NCBI GenBank assembly: GCA_002633005.1
Contig: NMRA01000664.1
Span: forward strand, 1-64,000
Direction: 5' to 3'
DNA: 64,000 nucleotides
DNA from: Phoronis australis
Taxonomy: Eukaryota; Animalia; Phoronida
The notes under the pieces are model-generated. The model saw only the letters and a program-made list of their open reading frames with translations, was not told the DNA's origin and made no database searches. Made by a program: the position numbers and the translations under genes. How positions within the stretch are numbered: position 1 is the stretch's first letter; the number at the start of each line of letters is the position of its first letter. Below are positions 27,640 to 38,535 of the stretch, in pieces.

Positions 27640-28660
27640 GTCTATCTGAATTAGAAGATTCAAGTTGCTCATGTTATTGCTGAAGGACTGCTTTTCACTT
27701 TGTTGCAAGGTACAACAGACGGTGAAGCGGCTGGTTTCAGTCGTTTTCTTTCACCTGTAACAGAGAAATATTAGCAAATTATAAAAGAAAACACAAGACA
27801 AAACTACTTTTGTAACGTAAAACATATTTCACATTCCATCTTCATGTGTTTACGTAGAAACTGTTGTACCTACATGTAAGCCTTATTCAAAATATATATG
27901 TGGAGCAGGCTAAAACTGATTTAAGAATCTGTATTTTTAGGGCACCTAAAATGTGTTTCTGATCTCAACAAATAAAATTCCTTCTAGGTGTTACTATTTA
28001 TTCCAATGCAGTGTTACGAATTTGCTTAATGGCTCATTCATGTTAATTCGGTAACTAGTCTGGTAGTCCTAGGGGTGGGGTCCGCTATAAAATAATGAAA
28101 CTCAATCATCTAGAGAATTGTATTGGACATAGTTTTGAAAAGTGACTCCTGTGAAAAAGTCACCATTGACTTCTGAGAGGCATGTCCCATCCACCTCTTA
28201 TATTGAGAGCACTCTCACCCAGGACATTATGTAAATACGTTATATGTGCTACTGGCGTACCATCCGGGTCCCCGGGTGAATTTCTGAAGATAAAAACTTG
28301 GTTCCACTGAAAAAGCCCGTCATTCAGTGGTAATTAGTGGGCATAACATCACTTATCGATGTCGATGGAAACTTAATTGCTAACAACTTACCAAGTAACG
28401 TGACTATGTAGTATCTCAATGGAAATGAATAGAGCACACACACGAAACGTGAGCCTTCGGCATCCATGAACTTTTTGTCACTTGGTGGACACTTTTGACA
28501 TCAATTCTCCAGCCTGTAGTAACCATAGGTTTTTTTGGATATGATGACCACCTGTCGAAGATTTGCATCCAGGAAATAATGAGGCTTAGCGCGACGACGT
28601 ATTTTGATAACAATTCGTCTTTTTACAAGCTGTTCAAATGCAGACAGCGACGCATGCGCA
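27640..28660 (-). pseudogene. Two-exon THAP-domain gene remnant (transposase N-terminus)
   Basis: Exon 1 (~28660-28392): MRRC...W..WMPKAHVSCVCSIHF, donor gtaagt at 28391. Exon 2 from 27754 after tctctgttacag: GERKRLKPAASPSV, resembling the THAP RLKxxAVP box. Confidence 0.65.
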
Positions 28661-30119
28661 ATTCAATCACCACTAGTATAGCAGCGCCACCGTCTTGAAT
28701 AGCCCTATCGGTGAGCGTGCTATCCTTGTTCCCTAAATGGTTCCACAAGCAGCTTACAGTTACCTAGTTTTACTAAACATAGGGAGACAGTACGTTACCG
28801 TGAATGGAGATATTTTTGTATTTGCTTTCTGTTGTATAGTCGCTTGCAATATACTCCACGTGACGCTAATATACCAGTTTTTTCCACACTGTTTTTACTA
28901 AAAAATAACTGATCCGTCGGTTCCTCACACTCTCCCTAAAAAACTTGAATAAGCTATACACTGAAGAGTGGACGTGACGATTACAGTTTACCGGGAACGA
29001 CATTTGTAACATTGGTAGGTGTTTGGTTTGATTCTGTTTTTGACTTTAAAATTACGAACAAATCTAATATCTAAATTGTAAAAAAGGGAAAAGCCAACAG
29101 AACTCACGGCCCTACTTCTTGATTCTGTCAACCAACACTTGCTATGTGTTCAAATCCAGTCGATTTTTAAAACAATTCCCTTGATTCTGACGTGGCATCG
29201 TTACAGATGGTTATGCTAAGAAAAATTTTGAATTTCTGCAGAACGTTTTCATCATACTCCCTGGCATCTGTGTGGGTAATTTCTATATCATGATTACAAT
29301 CGCTTGTTATCAAATTGCGACAAATAATTCATTGATGAATGCCTGCATTTCGAAACTGAAAGTCTTATTACCTAAAATGTTGGAAGATAAGTATGCTATA
29401 ACGCCATTCGTCATTACGTAATTTTGAGTTTTTTTAAAAGTGATAATCAATTACGGAATTCTTCGTTTTAGAGTTCATCTATTGCTGCGGCAAGTGAGCC
29501 TGGTGAAGTGCATTTTGCGTCTGCAGGTGTTTCTAGTGATGAACCTCCACTCTCATGGGTAAAGACATATTCCACATATTTTGACCACTGCCGTCACTCT
29601 CTGTTGTTCATATAACATTTGCTGAATTTTCATCATCAAATTAAATTCAAGGAGTGTCAGGTGACTGACGGTAGTGGTTGAGCTTTTGTTCTTGGGGTCA
29701 TCAAACCAATTCTGAAACCTGCACTTAGACTTTGATTTATTTCCTCTATTTTGCAGCAATTTCCTCTGAAGAGACTTAGAAAATTGTGACAAAATACATG
29801 TAGATTGTAATACTCAATATAGGTTGACCAACCTCCAGTCAAAGGGACCGTATTAGATGACTATACCTCCTTATAAATTTGTGGCCACTGCGTGTGGAAC
29901 ATTTTATTGCGCATATGTGGAATTCAGAGCTTCAGGTCTGCGACTTTGTAATGCAGTTTGGGTATCTGCTAGTCTGGGACTGTATAGTAGGCGATTGCTG
30001 GAATTTACAGGTGTGGTCAAGGACTTGATTTTCCAACGCAGTTTATGAGTGTCAAAAAACTCACATCCTGGGGTCTGCATTTTTGGGGTATCAAGAAGAT
30101 GCAGGATTTGAAGTCTCCT

Positions 30120-31500
30120 CCTACCTCACCCCTGGCCTGACCGGAGCGCAACCAGAACACAGGCGTGACAGAAATCAGTCACGGTCGCCTCACGCCTACT
30201 CTCCGGGTTGAACTCACGCTTACCTCCGGTTTAGTTAACGCCTTCCTCACGCCTCGTTCACGCTTTCTTCGCGCCTCCATCAAGCTTAACTCACGCTTTC
30301 TTCCCGCCTTCGGTAGCTGTGGTAAACATGGTAGGACACCGGGCTAATCAGTAAAAATACATGTAACGTCTTGATTGCCCCTCGTTTCGGTAAAGTTGCC
30401 GACATTATAGTATATTATAGAGTTTCTTTGCAAGCGGTCATCTATCACACTTGGGTTCCGACTAACTCTGTAATTCCACGTGTTGTTCATACAAACGTCT
30501 TCCTTCAGCTAGTATTGTGTTACACTTACATGTATATGTTCGATTTACGACTTAAGAGCCAGTCCCATCATCGACAAACATGTACAGTAACCACGGTTAG
30601 TAAATACGAATAAACGTGACCCTGTTCCCAGAGTCATCTTTACATGGCTGTGGACTCCTTGAAACTTGTCACAGGTGGATATAGTTAATGCGCCCTAAAA
30701 ATAGCCTACGCATCTTGTGAAGTATTGTGTCACTCCGTAAGTTTTTGCCCCGCACTGGCGTACAGAAAATTTCAATAGGCCACCCTTCTGACATACCCAT
30801 CCCTTACTGCAAGCAAATGTTTTGACTTAAAAGACCTGAATCCGTATAGTGCAGCTCAATTATTTGTAGCCCCCTCCCCGTAGTACATGCGTTTCGACTG
30901 AGTACACAGTATCCCCTGGGTACTTCTTCACTAAAATAATAATAGCGGTCATCTGTTTGACTCGTCAAATGCATGGGCGTGATCAGTTTTCTCCGCATGA
31001 TGCCGGAACTTGGGATCAATGTGCTCAGAATTGACATGCTATGCTCCTTCATATCGTGAAGGCAATTGAATAATTCCGCCATGTACACGCGTGTTAAGAT
31101 TCTCGATTAGTTTACATAAAAACAAATAATTATATATAAGTGAAAAGTAAAGTCCACAGGTCTGTTTTCTGAAGTGACTTAAGATTTGAGACGGGAATTT
31201 TGGTCGTATACTGCACGTGACGATTTCAAAAAAAATAAACCTCACATGAGCAACAGTCTATGAGAATACACACCACTGCTAGTTACTGATGTAATTTTAA
31301 TAAATTACTTTATCATCTGCGATGCAGGTAAACTCACGCCTAACCCACGGTAAGCTCCGGGTACATTCACGCTCAGGCTCACGCCAGCTGTCACGGTTGA
31401 TTCACGCCTCACTCTCCGGTCTGTCTCCGGTTACGGTCACGGGTGGCTAGACCGGACAGACACCGGAGAGAGTCTAATAATTCAGTGGCTGTACTGTAGT
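30120..31500. repeat. Clusters of ctcacgcc/ttcacgc short repeats at 30120-30310 and 31330-31470, probably subterminal repeats of a DNA element
   Basis: Many imperfect (c/t)tcacgc(c/t) and ctccgg motifs in two blocks; termini not resolved. Confidence 0.35.
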
Positions 31501-32089
31501 ATAAACTGACAACTTGGAGCGAAAGCAGATCACTTATACGGAAGCTGGTACTGTTGAGACATATAAACAATGGGTGCTCAGCAACGTGGAGTGCAGTTAC
31601 AATCAATTAAACTCCATTCCTGTACCAGCAGAGACCAAACGTGTTACAAATCGTCAGATGTGGCCTCTGTTATTACAAGGGCACCAAAAAAACACACCTA
31701 GCCGAGAGATTAGATTCAGTGGCTGCAGCTCAAGTACGTAGCTGGAATTTAACATGCGGTCATGAAACCTGTCCCCTGATACTGAACTTTGGTAATTGTG
31801 TAGGAAGAAATTGCTATTCTAGGGTGTAGATAATCAGTGCTGGTCTGGCGATTTTTCTTAGGTTGAGTACTTGTTGGTCTGTGGCTGGAGATTAGAAATG
31901 CGGGCATAGAGTTGTTTCCAACCTTCGATAAGTTATACTCCTACTAATGGTTACAGAAATGCTTATACACTGTAAATCACGAAGTAAATCCAAGAAAGGT
32001 TTTCAACTATCAATTTTGGTCACTGGGTGAAGTGTAATCTTCCTCCTGTTAGTCTTTTGCCTTAAATTTATTTCAGGTGGTTACATCCA

Positions 32090-32297
32090 TATGACTGTAG
32101 AAGTGCTTGGATTTTACGTATTGTGATTATACTTTTTCATATTCTGACTGTCATCAACGTCTTTCCGCTCCAGATATTTTGCATCTTGGTCCAACCAACC
32201 CAAGGCTTTGACGTGAAGGCGATGGGGGGAATTTGGGTGTGGAGAGTGATTGTAATAACCGAGGGACAATGAGAGCCATCTTCTTCGCGTATTCCAT
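32090..32297 (-). pseudogene. Conserved Polinton uncharacterised ORF, N-terminal remnant
   Basis: ATG 1 nt after the previous stop: MEYAKKMALIVPRLLQSL..., then a frameshift to KALGWLDQDAKYLERKDVDD..KKYN, resembling the Polinton MEHAKKMVLVDPRLL..LD..M..IL.R.D family. Confidence 0.55.
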
Positions 32298-32298
32298 T

Positions 32299-32450
32299 TT
32301 ACCTTTGACCGAATGACCTGGGAAGAATCGTTCCTGCCAAGCCGCCGATGAGTGGCGCTAAGACTGCTCCGAGAAATCTGCCTCGCTGTAGAATCTGCCT
32401 TTTAGTTTTCAGAGGCGTTGCGTTTCCTCTTGCAGTGCATCAAAGCGTCA
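32299..32450 (-). pseudogene. Polinton small basic/hydrophobic ORF (pX-like core protein) C-terminal remnant
   Basis: Translates ..PLKTKRQILQRGRFLGAVLAPLIGGLAGTILPRSFGQR*, resembling the Polinton KRKIL.Q.GGFL..LLAP peptide. Confidence 0.55.
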
Positions 32451-33024
32451 GTAGACGCGAATGAGATCACACGAATTGGAAAAGTGACCCAAGGCCAGTG
32501 ACGTTAGACAATGACATGCAACATGACTGAATTGGTATTCAACAGCTAACGTGACGGTAAAAAATACAGAATCGACGACATTGCAGAAGAATAATATAGA
32601 GATAGCGTACTTCACTTATTCCTTCAGTTAAAGCGATATAAAAGGAATGACTTTTCCACACAAACATACATAGTTACATCGAGGTGTGTGAAAATTATTG
32701 TAACCACCACGATTTGGACGCCTTCTTCTTTTGGTCACTAGAAGAGGATATGGCGAAAGTGATTAAAATAGTAGAAGCGGGGGCAAAGAGAATATCCAGA
32801 GGCCATGATCATCGTTTACAAATACGTGACTGACTCACAAATGAGTTGGTCACTTGTTTATACATGACTCATTCGTGAGTCGGTTGGCGATACATAACCT
32901 TAGTATTACATGTACGTGCAGACCTTTGCTATTCACGCGGAACAACGTTATGCCCAGTAGGCATGGAAACACGTCAGACAATTTGTACAGCAATGTGATG
33001 ATTTTGTAGCTCATCATCATCTGA

Positions 33025-35340
33025 TTGAGGCATCTTGGTTTTATGAACGAGAAATGCTCGCACGCTATTTACAATGACCTCTTTGAAGGTAACTGCGATA
33101 GATCGGAGAATCTGTTACAGAACAAACTGGGAGCTATTTTTTCTGATATTCGGATTCGGATTCGTCTCCAGATTGGCTTATTATTCTATCTATTTATATT
33201 TTTCAGCAATGAAAGAACACTGCTACAATATTTGTGTTCACTACGTAACGAAACCTGCAGCAACATCGACGAATGGTTCAAGGGGAAGACACGCTTGCGA
33301 ATTCTTTGGCAGGACATTGAGCAGAAGGGACAGTGTCGAGAGATAACGATGCAGCCAAAATCGGTGTAATAGCCCAAAATGTGGCTCTAATTTCAGCTCG
33401 GCTTGAAGGTCATCGCTGACGAACCGGAGGCGGCAATTGTTATCCCCGCGAACATCGAACCCGCTATGGCTGCCCTCTATCAGGATAAATGGCCTGCTAT
33501 GCGTACAAGAGCAGCTAAGGGAAGAAGGCTGCAAAACATTTGCAGGGGTTGAATCCTGGGGTGAAAACCTGAGGGTTTTTAGGCTACAGACTGTCGTATT
33601 TATTATAAATTTTGCTAATGGTTTCATTCTCAGAAAGCAGGAATATAACGAACTCAGGTATTTTCGAGTTTGATTAGCAACGTATTCATGAATGAACCCA
33701 TTGTAGTGAGACGAGAACGAGATCTGGACCATTTTTTCCATCCTAGGTGACCTGGACGTTCTCTAATTGGTGAGACACACGTCGAGGTGGATCGTCGAAC
33801 TCGTTACCAACATGACTGTTTACATAAGATACATGACTGATCACCCCCATCGGTTGCTCACCAGTTTCGATTCCACCATACCTTGCACAACATAAAGGCA
33901 TATGGACGGTGACAAGCGACGGTCACTGGCGAACCGTACATTTACGACATGTAGAAATCTGTAGGGCTTACCTAAGCAAGCCCTGTGGCTCGTTTGGAAT
34001 CCCGCGTGGAAAGTACATAGACGCCAACAAACGTGTGATAACAGTGTGAGACGCGTTTTTTTTTTTGGAAAAGCGTACGCAACACTACTCGCATTTTTCG
34101 AGAAACTGGAAGAAGGATACGTCGTTCCCGAAAGCAATCGGTAATAACCGTACAGAGCAGCGTTTGATATAGAGACGTTCAGGAAAGCACCGAAAAAAGT
34201 CGGAGATCCTAAATTAAGCTGAGACAGAAAACAAGAGATCATGAGCGTTTATTTGGCCAGTAAGGTCGACAGGTTTGAAGATCCACATTGTTTTGTATAT
34301 AACGGTGATCCTAAAGAAGGTGTAACCAGACATGCGGCCTACTTAGGGAGATGTTTGCGTAGGTCTTTGAAAAAGATTAAGAGACTGTTCGCAGGGTTGT
34401 AGCAAACAACGATGAGGTGGACGACGTTGACGAAGACGGGGGAAACACAAGATCAACCTCATCGTCGCTTCCTGCAAGATCTGGCAAACGTGTTTGATAG
34501 TTACCTCAAACAGGTTCTGACGGTTGGTTTCAATTTGGGAATTTACGACATGATTACCATGAAAAAACAGTTTTTCAAATGCATTTATCAATGCAAGATT
34601 TGAGGTTCGTGATCAAGCGCAACAATAGCCTTATGTGCTTGAAATAGCTGAACTTAAATTTCTCGACATTGTGAATGACAGTACTTGGCCCCAGGTTGTA
34701 GCTATGCAAAGATATTGAAGACGTATGGGACGACTGAAGAGAAAGGTTTCTTTCCCTATGAGTATGTGGATAACTTGTGTAAACTAGAGGAAACTGTTCT
34801 ACCACTTCAAGCTCCTTATAACAGCTGTTTGAAAGACGGGCGATAAGAGGCGACTATTTCACCCTCTGTCTGAAGGCATGGAAAGACAACAACATAAGAT
34901 TTTTGATGTGGTAAAATATAAAGGCACCGTACCCATGATGGAAGCCGTCGAAACCATGGCGTCATTATAGAGGGAAAACGGCTTCGACCTCTCCAAGGAT
35001 GGTATCAGTGTGTATGGGGTTACATTGAAGATTCTCTTCAAAAATATCCGCAACGTATTCTTTACGCTGTTTGAGGAAAAAAAAACAAAGACTAGTACTA
35101 CTTTCAAACAGAATAGCGTCGGAGGTTTCAGTAGTGTTTTTCACAGGTACCACGAGAAGGGCAAGACCTTTATACCCAAAGGGGGGGGGGTGGAGAAATT
35201 GGGAATAAGACCAAAGATGGTGTCAAAGATTCCGGGTTTCGATGTAAATGCTGTTTACCTTAACAGCATCGTGAACGAGCAACGGACCGGACCATTTATT
35301 CGTCGTCGGCAAGAAAGCTATTTGCAACGAAAATTTTCCC
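33025..35340 (+). pseudogene. Protein-primed family B DNA polymerase (pPolB), fragmented and 3'-truncated
   Basis: In order across frameshifts: PYRAAFDIET (ExoI, ~34150), VLTVGFNLGIYD (ExoII, ~34515), FVIKRNN, LKFLDI, KGFFPYEYVD (~34745), DLSKDGISVYGVTLK, VGGFSSVFHRYHEKGKT, GFDVNAVYL (motif A, ~35235). Confidence 0.85.
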
Positions 35341-35707
35341 ATAACACTTGTACTTTAGACTGCACAGTTATATTTGTATTGCATTATGAAATCTTATTTT
35401 GCAGACAAGACTCTGGTTGGTGTTATATATGTGTTCACAAGAAAGAATTTCAACATAAATGGTTTGTCTGTAAATTTGACAACTTTCAAATGAGAGAAGG
35501 TATAACATTGTTAAAAATTGTTTTATTTTTTCGGTGTCTGATCTTCCGGTAAGTGATTGGTTTTGAAAAATCAGTGCAAAATTTGATAGTTACTCTTCAT
35601 TTAAAAGAGAATAAATCCATAAATCTGCATTGTCTAGAACTTTTACTCAAACTACATATTCAGGGTTGGGCAAAGGAATCCTAAAACAACGGAATCTGAA
35701 CCCGTAC

Positions 35708-35948
35708 CATGCGCGCACCCAGCCTTCAATTTGGGGGGGCTCGAATTCTTGGCGTCGTGGACCTTGTCCTAAAAAAACTGCGGACGGACTACAAAAAAAA
35801 CGGGAGCACCAATGTGAAGTGCGCGTTCGCGATTATTCAGTGGTCTTTTGTCCAGTTATCTCGGACTTTTGTCGCTCGGAGGCCGACCCTTTTACCTACT
35901 TCGCCAAATTGGTTCCCCCGAGCACCCCTACATGTAGGTACACGCATG
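35708..35948. mobile_element. MITE with CATGCG TIRs and a 5-bp TSD
   Basis: Left catgcgcgcaccc; right ggtacacgcatg; exact flanking direct repeat cgtac at 35703-35707 and 35949-35953. Confidence 0.7.
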
Positions 35949-36139
35949 CGTACCAATATCAATACAAACCAAAAAATGGATATAAAAAAGTTGGTGTTTA
36001 GGGTGCACGGAATGGATTCGTGTGCGCAGTAAGAGTTACTGGGGTGTGTGATAAGTGTGTGTGGATACTTTTGAATTCCTCTTCTGTGGTAATCCAGTGG
36101 AAACCTGGTCGCATGGAGAACAATTTATTACCATCTTCT

Positions 36140-37323
36140 TTGTTTCTGTTGTTCTAATAAACATAATGACAAGCATTTATCGGCAACGGTCTGATGTACG
36201 ACCAAGGTTGTACTGTATATGCATACGACCCGTGCTGTTATATGCAACAGACACAGCAAACGAAAAAAAGATACGACCGGTGGGCGATATGCATGCGACG
36301 AGTTACCATGGACAGTGGTGGAGTTTGCCTTGTCGTTCTAGGTTTTTAGAGAACTGTAAACCCCGTATTTCGTAAAGAAAACAAAAGGTTTCTGCTGCCT
36401 TTCGTTTTAAGTCGTACGAAAAGTTGTGATATGCCAGTAAACGAATCATTCATTTGATATTACGATGCACTGCATGACATTTTTGATCAGCAGAAAATGT
36501 GATTTGAATTTAATGAAGACGTATCAATGATGAAATTATAAGGCATAGTAACTATAAATCAAAATAATTTACATTGGTCGAAAATGTCAAACCCTGTTCA
36601 CTGGGTTGAACATTATCGGATTTTTACAAAAATGGGGCCTTGTATGGTATCTAGGAGCATTATAGTCCTAGGTGGTATGTAATAAAACACTCAAAATATT
36701 CAGGAGGAATAAACTCATTGCAAAATATCAAAAAAATATTTTAAATAATCTGATTTTACGCGCTGACGCAACGATCTCAGATAATTGAAAATTTCTCAAT
36801 TTAGTACATTTTAGGTGCCAAAATGTATAAGCAATAAAAGAGCTGATCATGTTTTTATTTCATGCAATGTAAATAACATAGTTTGTCCACATTTTGGCCA
36901 AGTTTCATCCCCTAACAGTAGGGGCAGACTTGGTACATACATGTAGCAGTGTGTTAAACATAACCTCAAAATGGCATAACGGAGGTAGCGAAGAAAAACT
37001 ACTAAATGAAGGTGGTAAATCGGTATGTTTTTTAGGAAATCTGTGTGACAATCTACTGGTACTACTAACAATGTCAAGTGAATAATAGTTCAATAGGCTT
37101 CATTCAAGGACAAATATAAAAGTTAAAACTGGACAGTTTTATAGGGTGAAAACACGCTTGCGAAACCGTAAAATGTGTCTGAGCCTATAACTTTGGTAGA
37201 ACGTAATATTTTTGGGGAATATTTTACCACTGATAGGTCCCATTGGACAAAGTATATGTCAAATTTTGGTGAACATCGGCTCACCCCCACCTTGCCCTAG
37301 ATGGCTGGTGCTCTCGTGGACCA
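36140..37323 (+). mobile_element. Non-autonomous DNA element, copy 2 (paralog of 7075-8253)
   Basis: Colinear diverged similarity to 7075-8253 over ~1.2 kb, same orientation, same right end. Confidence 0.7.
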
Positions 37324-38433
37324 TTGCTGAAAGATAGGTGCGCATTCACTTACTTTTTATCTCAAAAGACAACTGTTCGACCAGGGGGTCACCATTGGAC
37401 CTTTCAACATTTCATTCGGGACATTTGATATTTTACTGCATGTAAGGATAATGAAGTCTTGACGATTTTGTCGTGTATTCGAATGTTCCATGTTATTAAT
37501 ACAATATTAAACAATATTAAGTTGATCAATATCCCCTCACGAGTTAAACACGACATCTATTGTTGAGTAATGTGGTTATCTCCTTTTCATCTTCCATTGG
37601 TTTTACGAGACGTCTTTTGTTGAGATATGAGAAAAATTTACGACGACGACACGTGGCGCACGCGAAACAAGGTAATCGACCTTTTGTTCTTATTCAGCAC
37701 CATAATCCCTATTTTGTTTCGGATTTCGATCAGAACTGTGCAACCTAGCGTGCGTTCAGTTGACGCTAGGACCTACGCTAGGACCTAGCTAAAATCTAGT
37801 CACAGTCACGTGTGTTCATTTGAAATACACGGCAATATCTCACGTAATTTCGGGAAGTCTTGCTTTTTAGCGAGGTTCTAGCGTTATCGAACGGGAGGCT
37901 AATCCTTTTTAGTGTGAGAACATCCAGGCAGTGTCGTCATTGACACTTCCGTCTGGTAGGCGGATGACATTCCTTCCGGTTGCATCCATTTCACGTGACC
38001 GTTGACCTTTCACTTTGGATTGATGAACTTTGACCCAGGCGCCTCATAAAGGGGCCTACTAAATGACTTACATGTACTACAACACTCCTAGAGTAGGCTT
38101 AAGCTAATTTCTATATTAAACCATAAGATAGGTAAGAAAGGTACAACCATCAACAATTCACAGACCTCAAGAGTCGAATTGCATGTGCTAGTTTGTAATC
38201 CTTTTTCGTCAGTTCATCTTTCCAAAAAACAATTTTCAAACTGTTGAAATTATTTGGGGCAAATGCGCCGGGATTATTGTCTTTGCAGTGAAGTAGGGGT
38301 ACACATAACCTTAAAAACTCGGGAAATTGTAGTTTATGTGTGAGGGTATCTGGAAGACATTTAGAGGTGCATCGATGGGACCAATTCCACAATCACGGCG
38401 AAAGGTTATCGTCGTTGTCCCAGGAACCAGTAG

Positions 38434-38535
38434 TGTGCAGAATTTTTGTGCTGCACTTTTTATTCAGCAGTTTTGGTTAACAGTTTTGTGCAGCAATTTT
38501 GTTCTGCAGTTTTGTGCAGCAGCTTTGTGCAAGGC
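38434..38535. repeat. Imperfect ~12-bp tandem repeat (ttttgtgcagca)
   Basis: About 7-8 degenerate copies visible. Confidence 0.7.

Larger units (their letters stand above)
24855..28708. mobile_element. ISL2EU-like (PIF/Harbinger-related) DNA transposon, internally deleted
   Basis: Terminal inverted matches atggggctattc (24855) and gaatagccctat (28697-28708), 11/12 identical with AT at the edges. Convergent intron-containing genes inside: YqaJ exonuclease (+) and THAP (-). No DDE domain seen. Confidence 0.65.
32000..35340. mobile_element. Polinton/Maverick (adintovirus-like) relic
   Basis: A degraded protein-primed PolB on + diverges from two small Polinton-type ORF remnants on -. No TIRs, capsid or integrase recognised. 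Confidence 0.8.
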
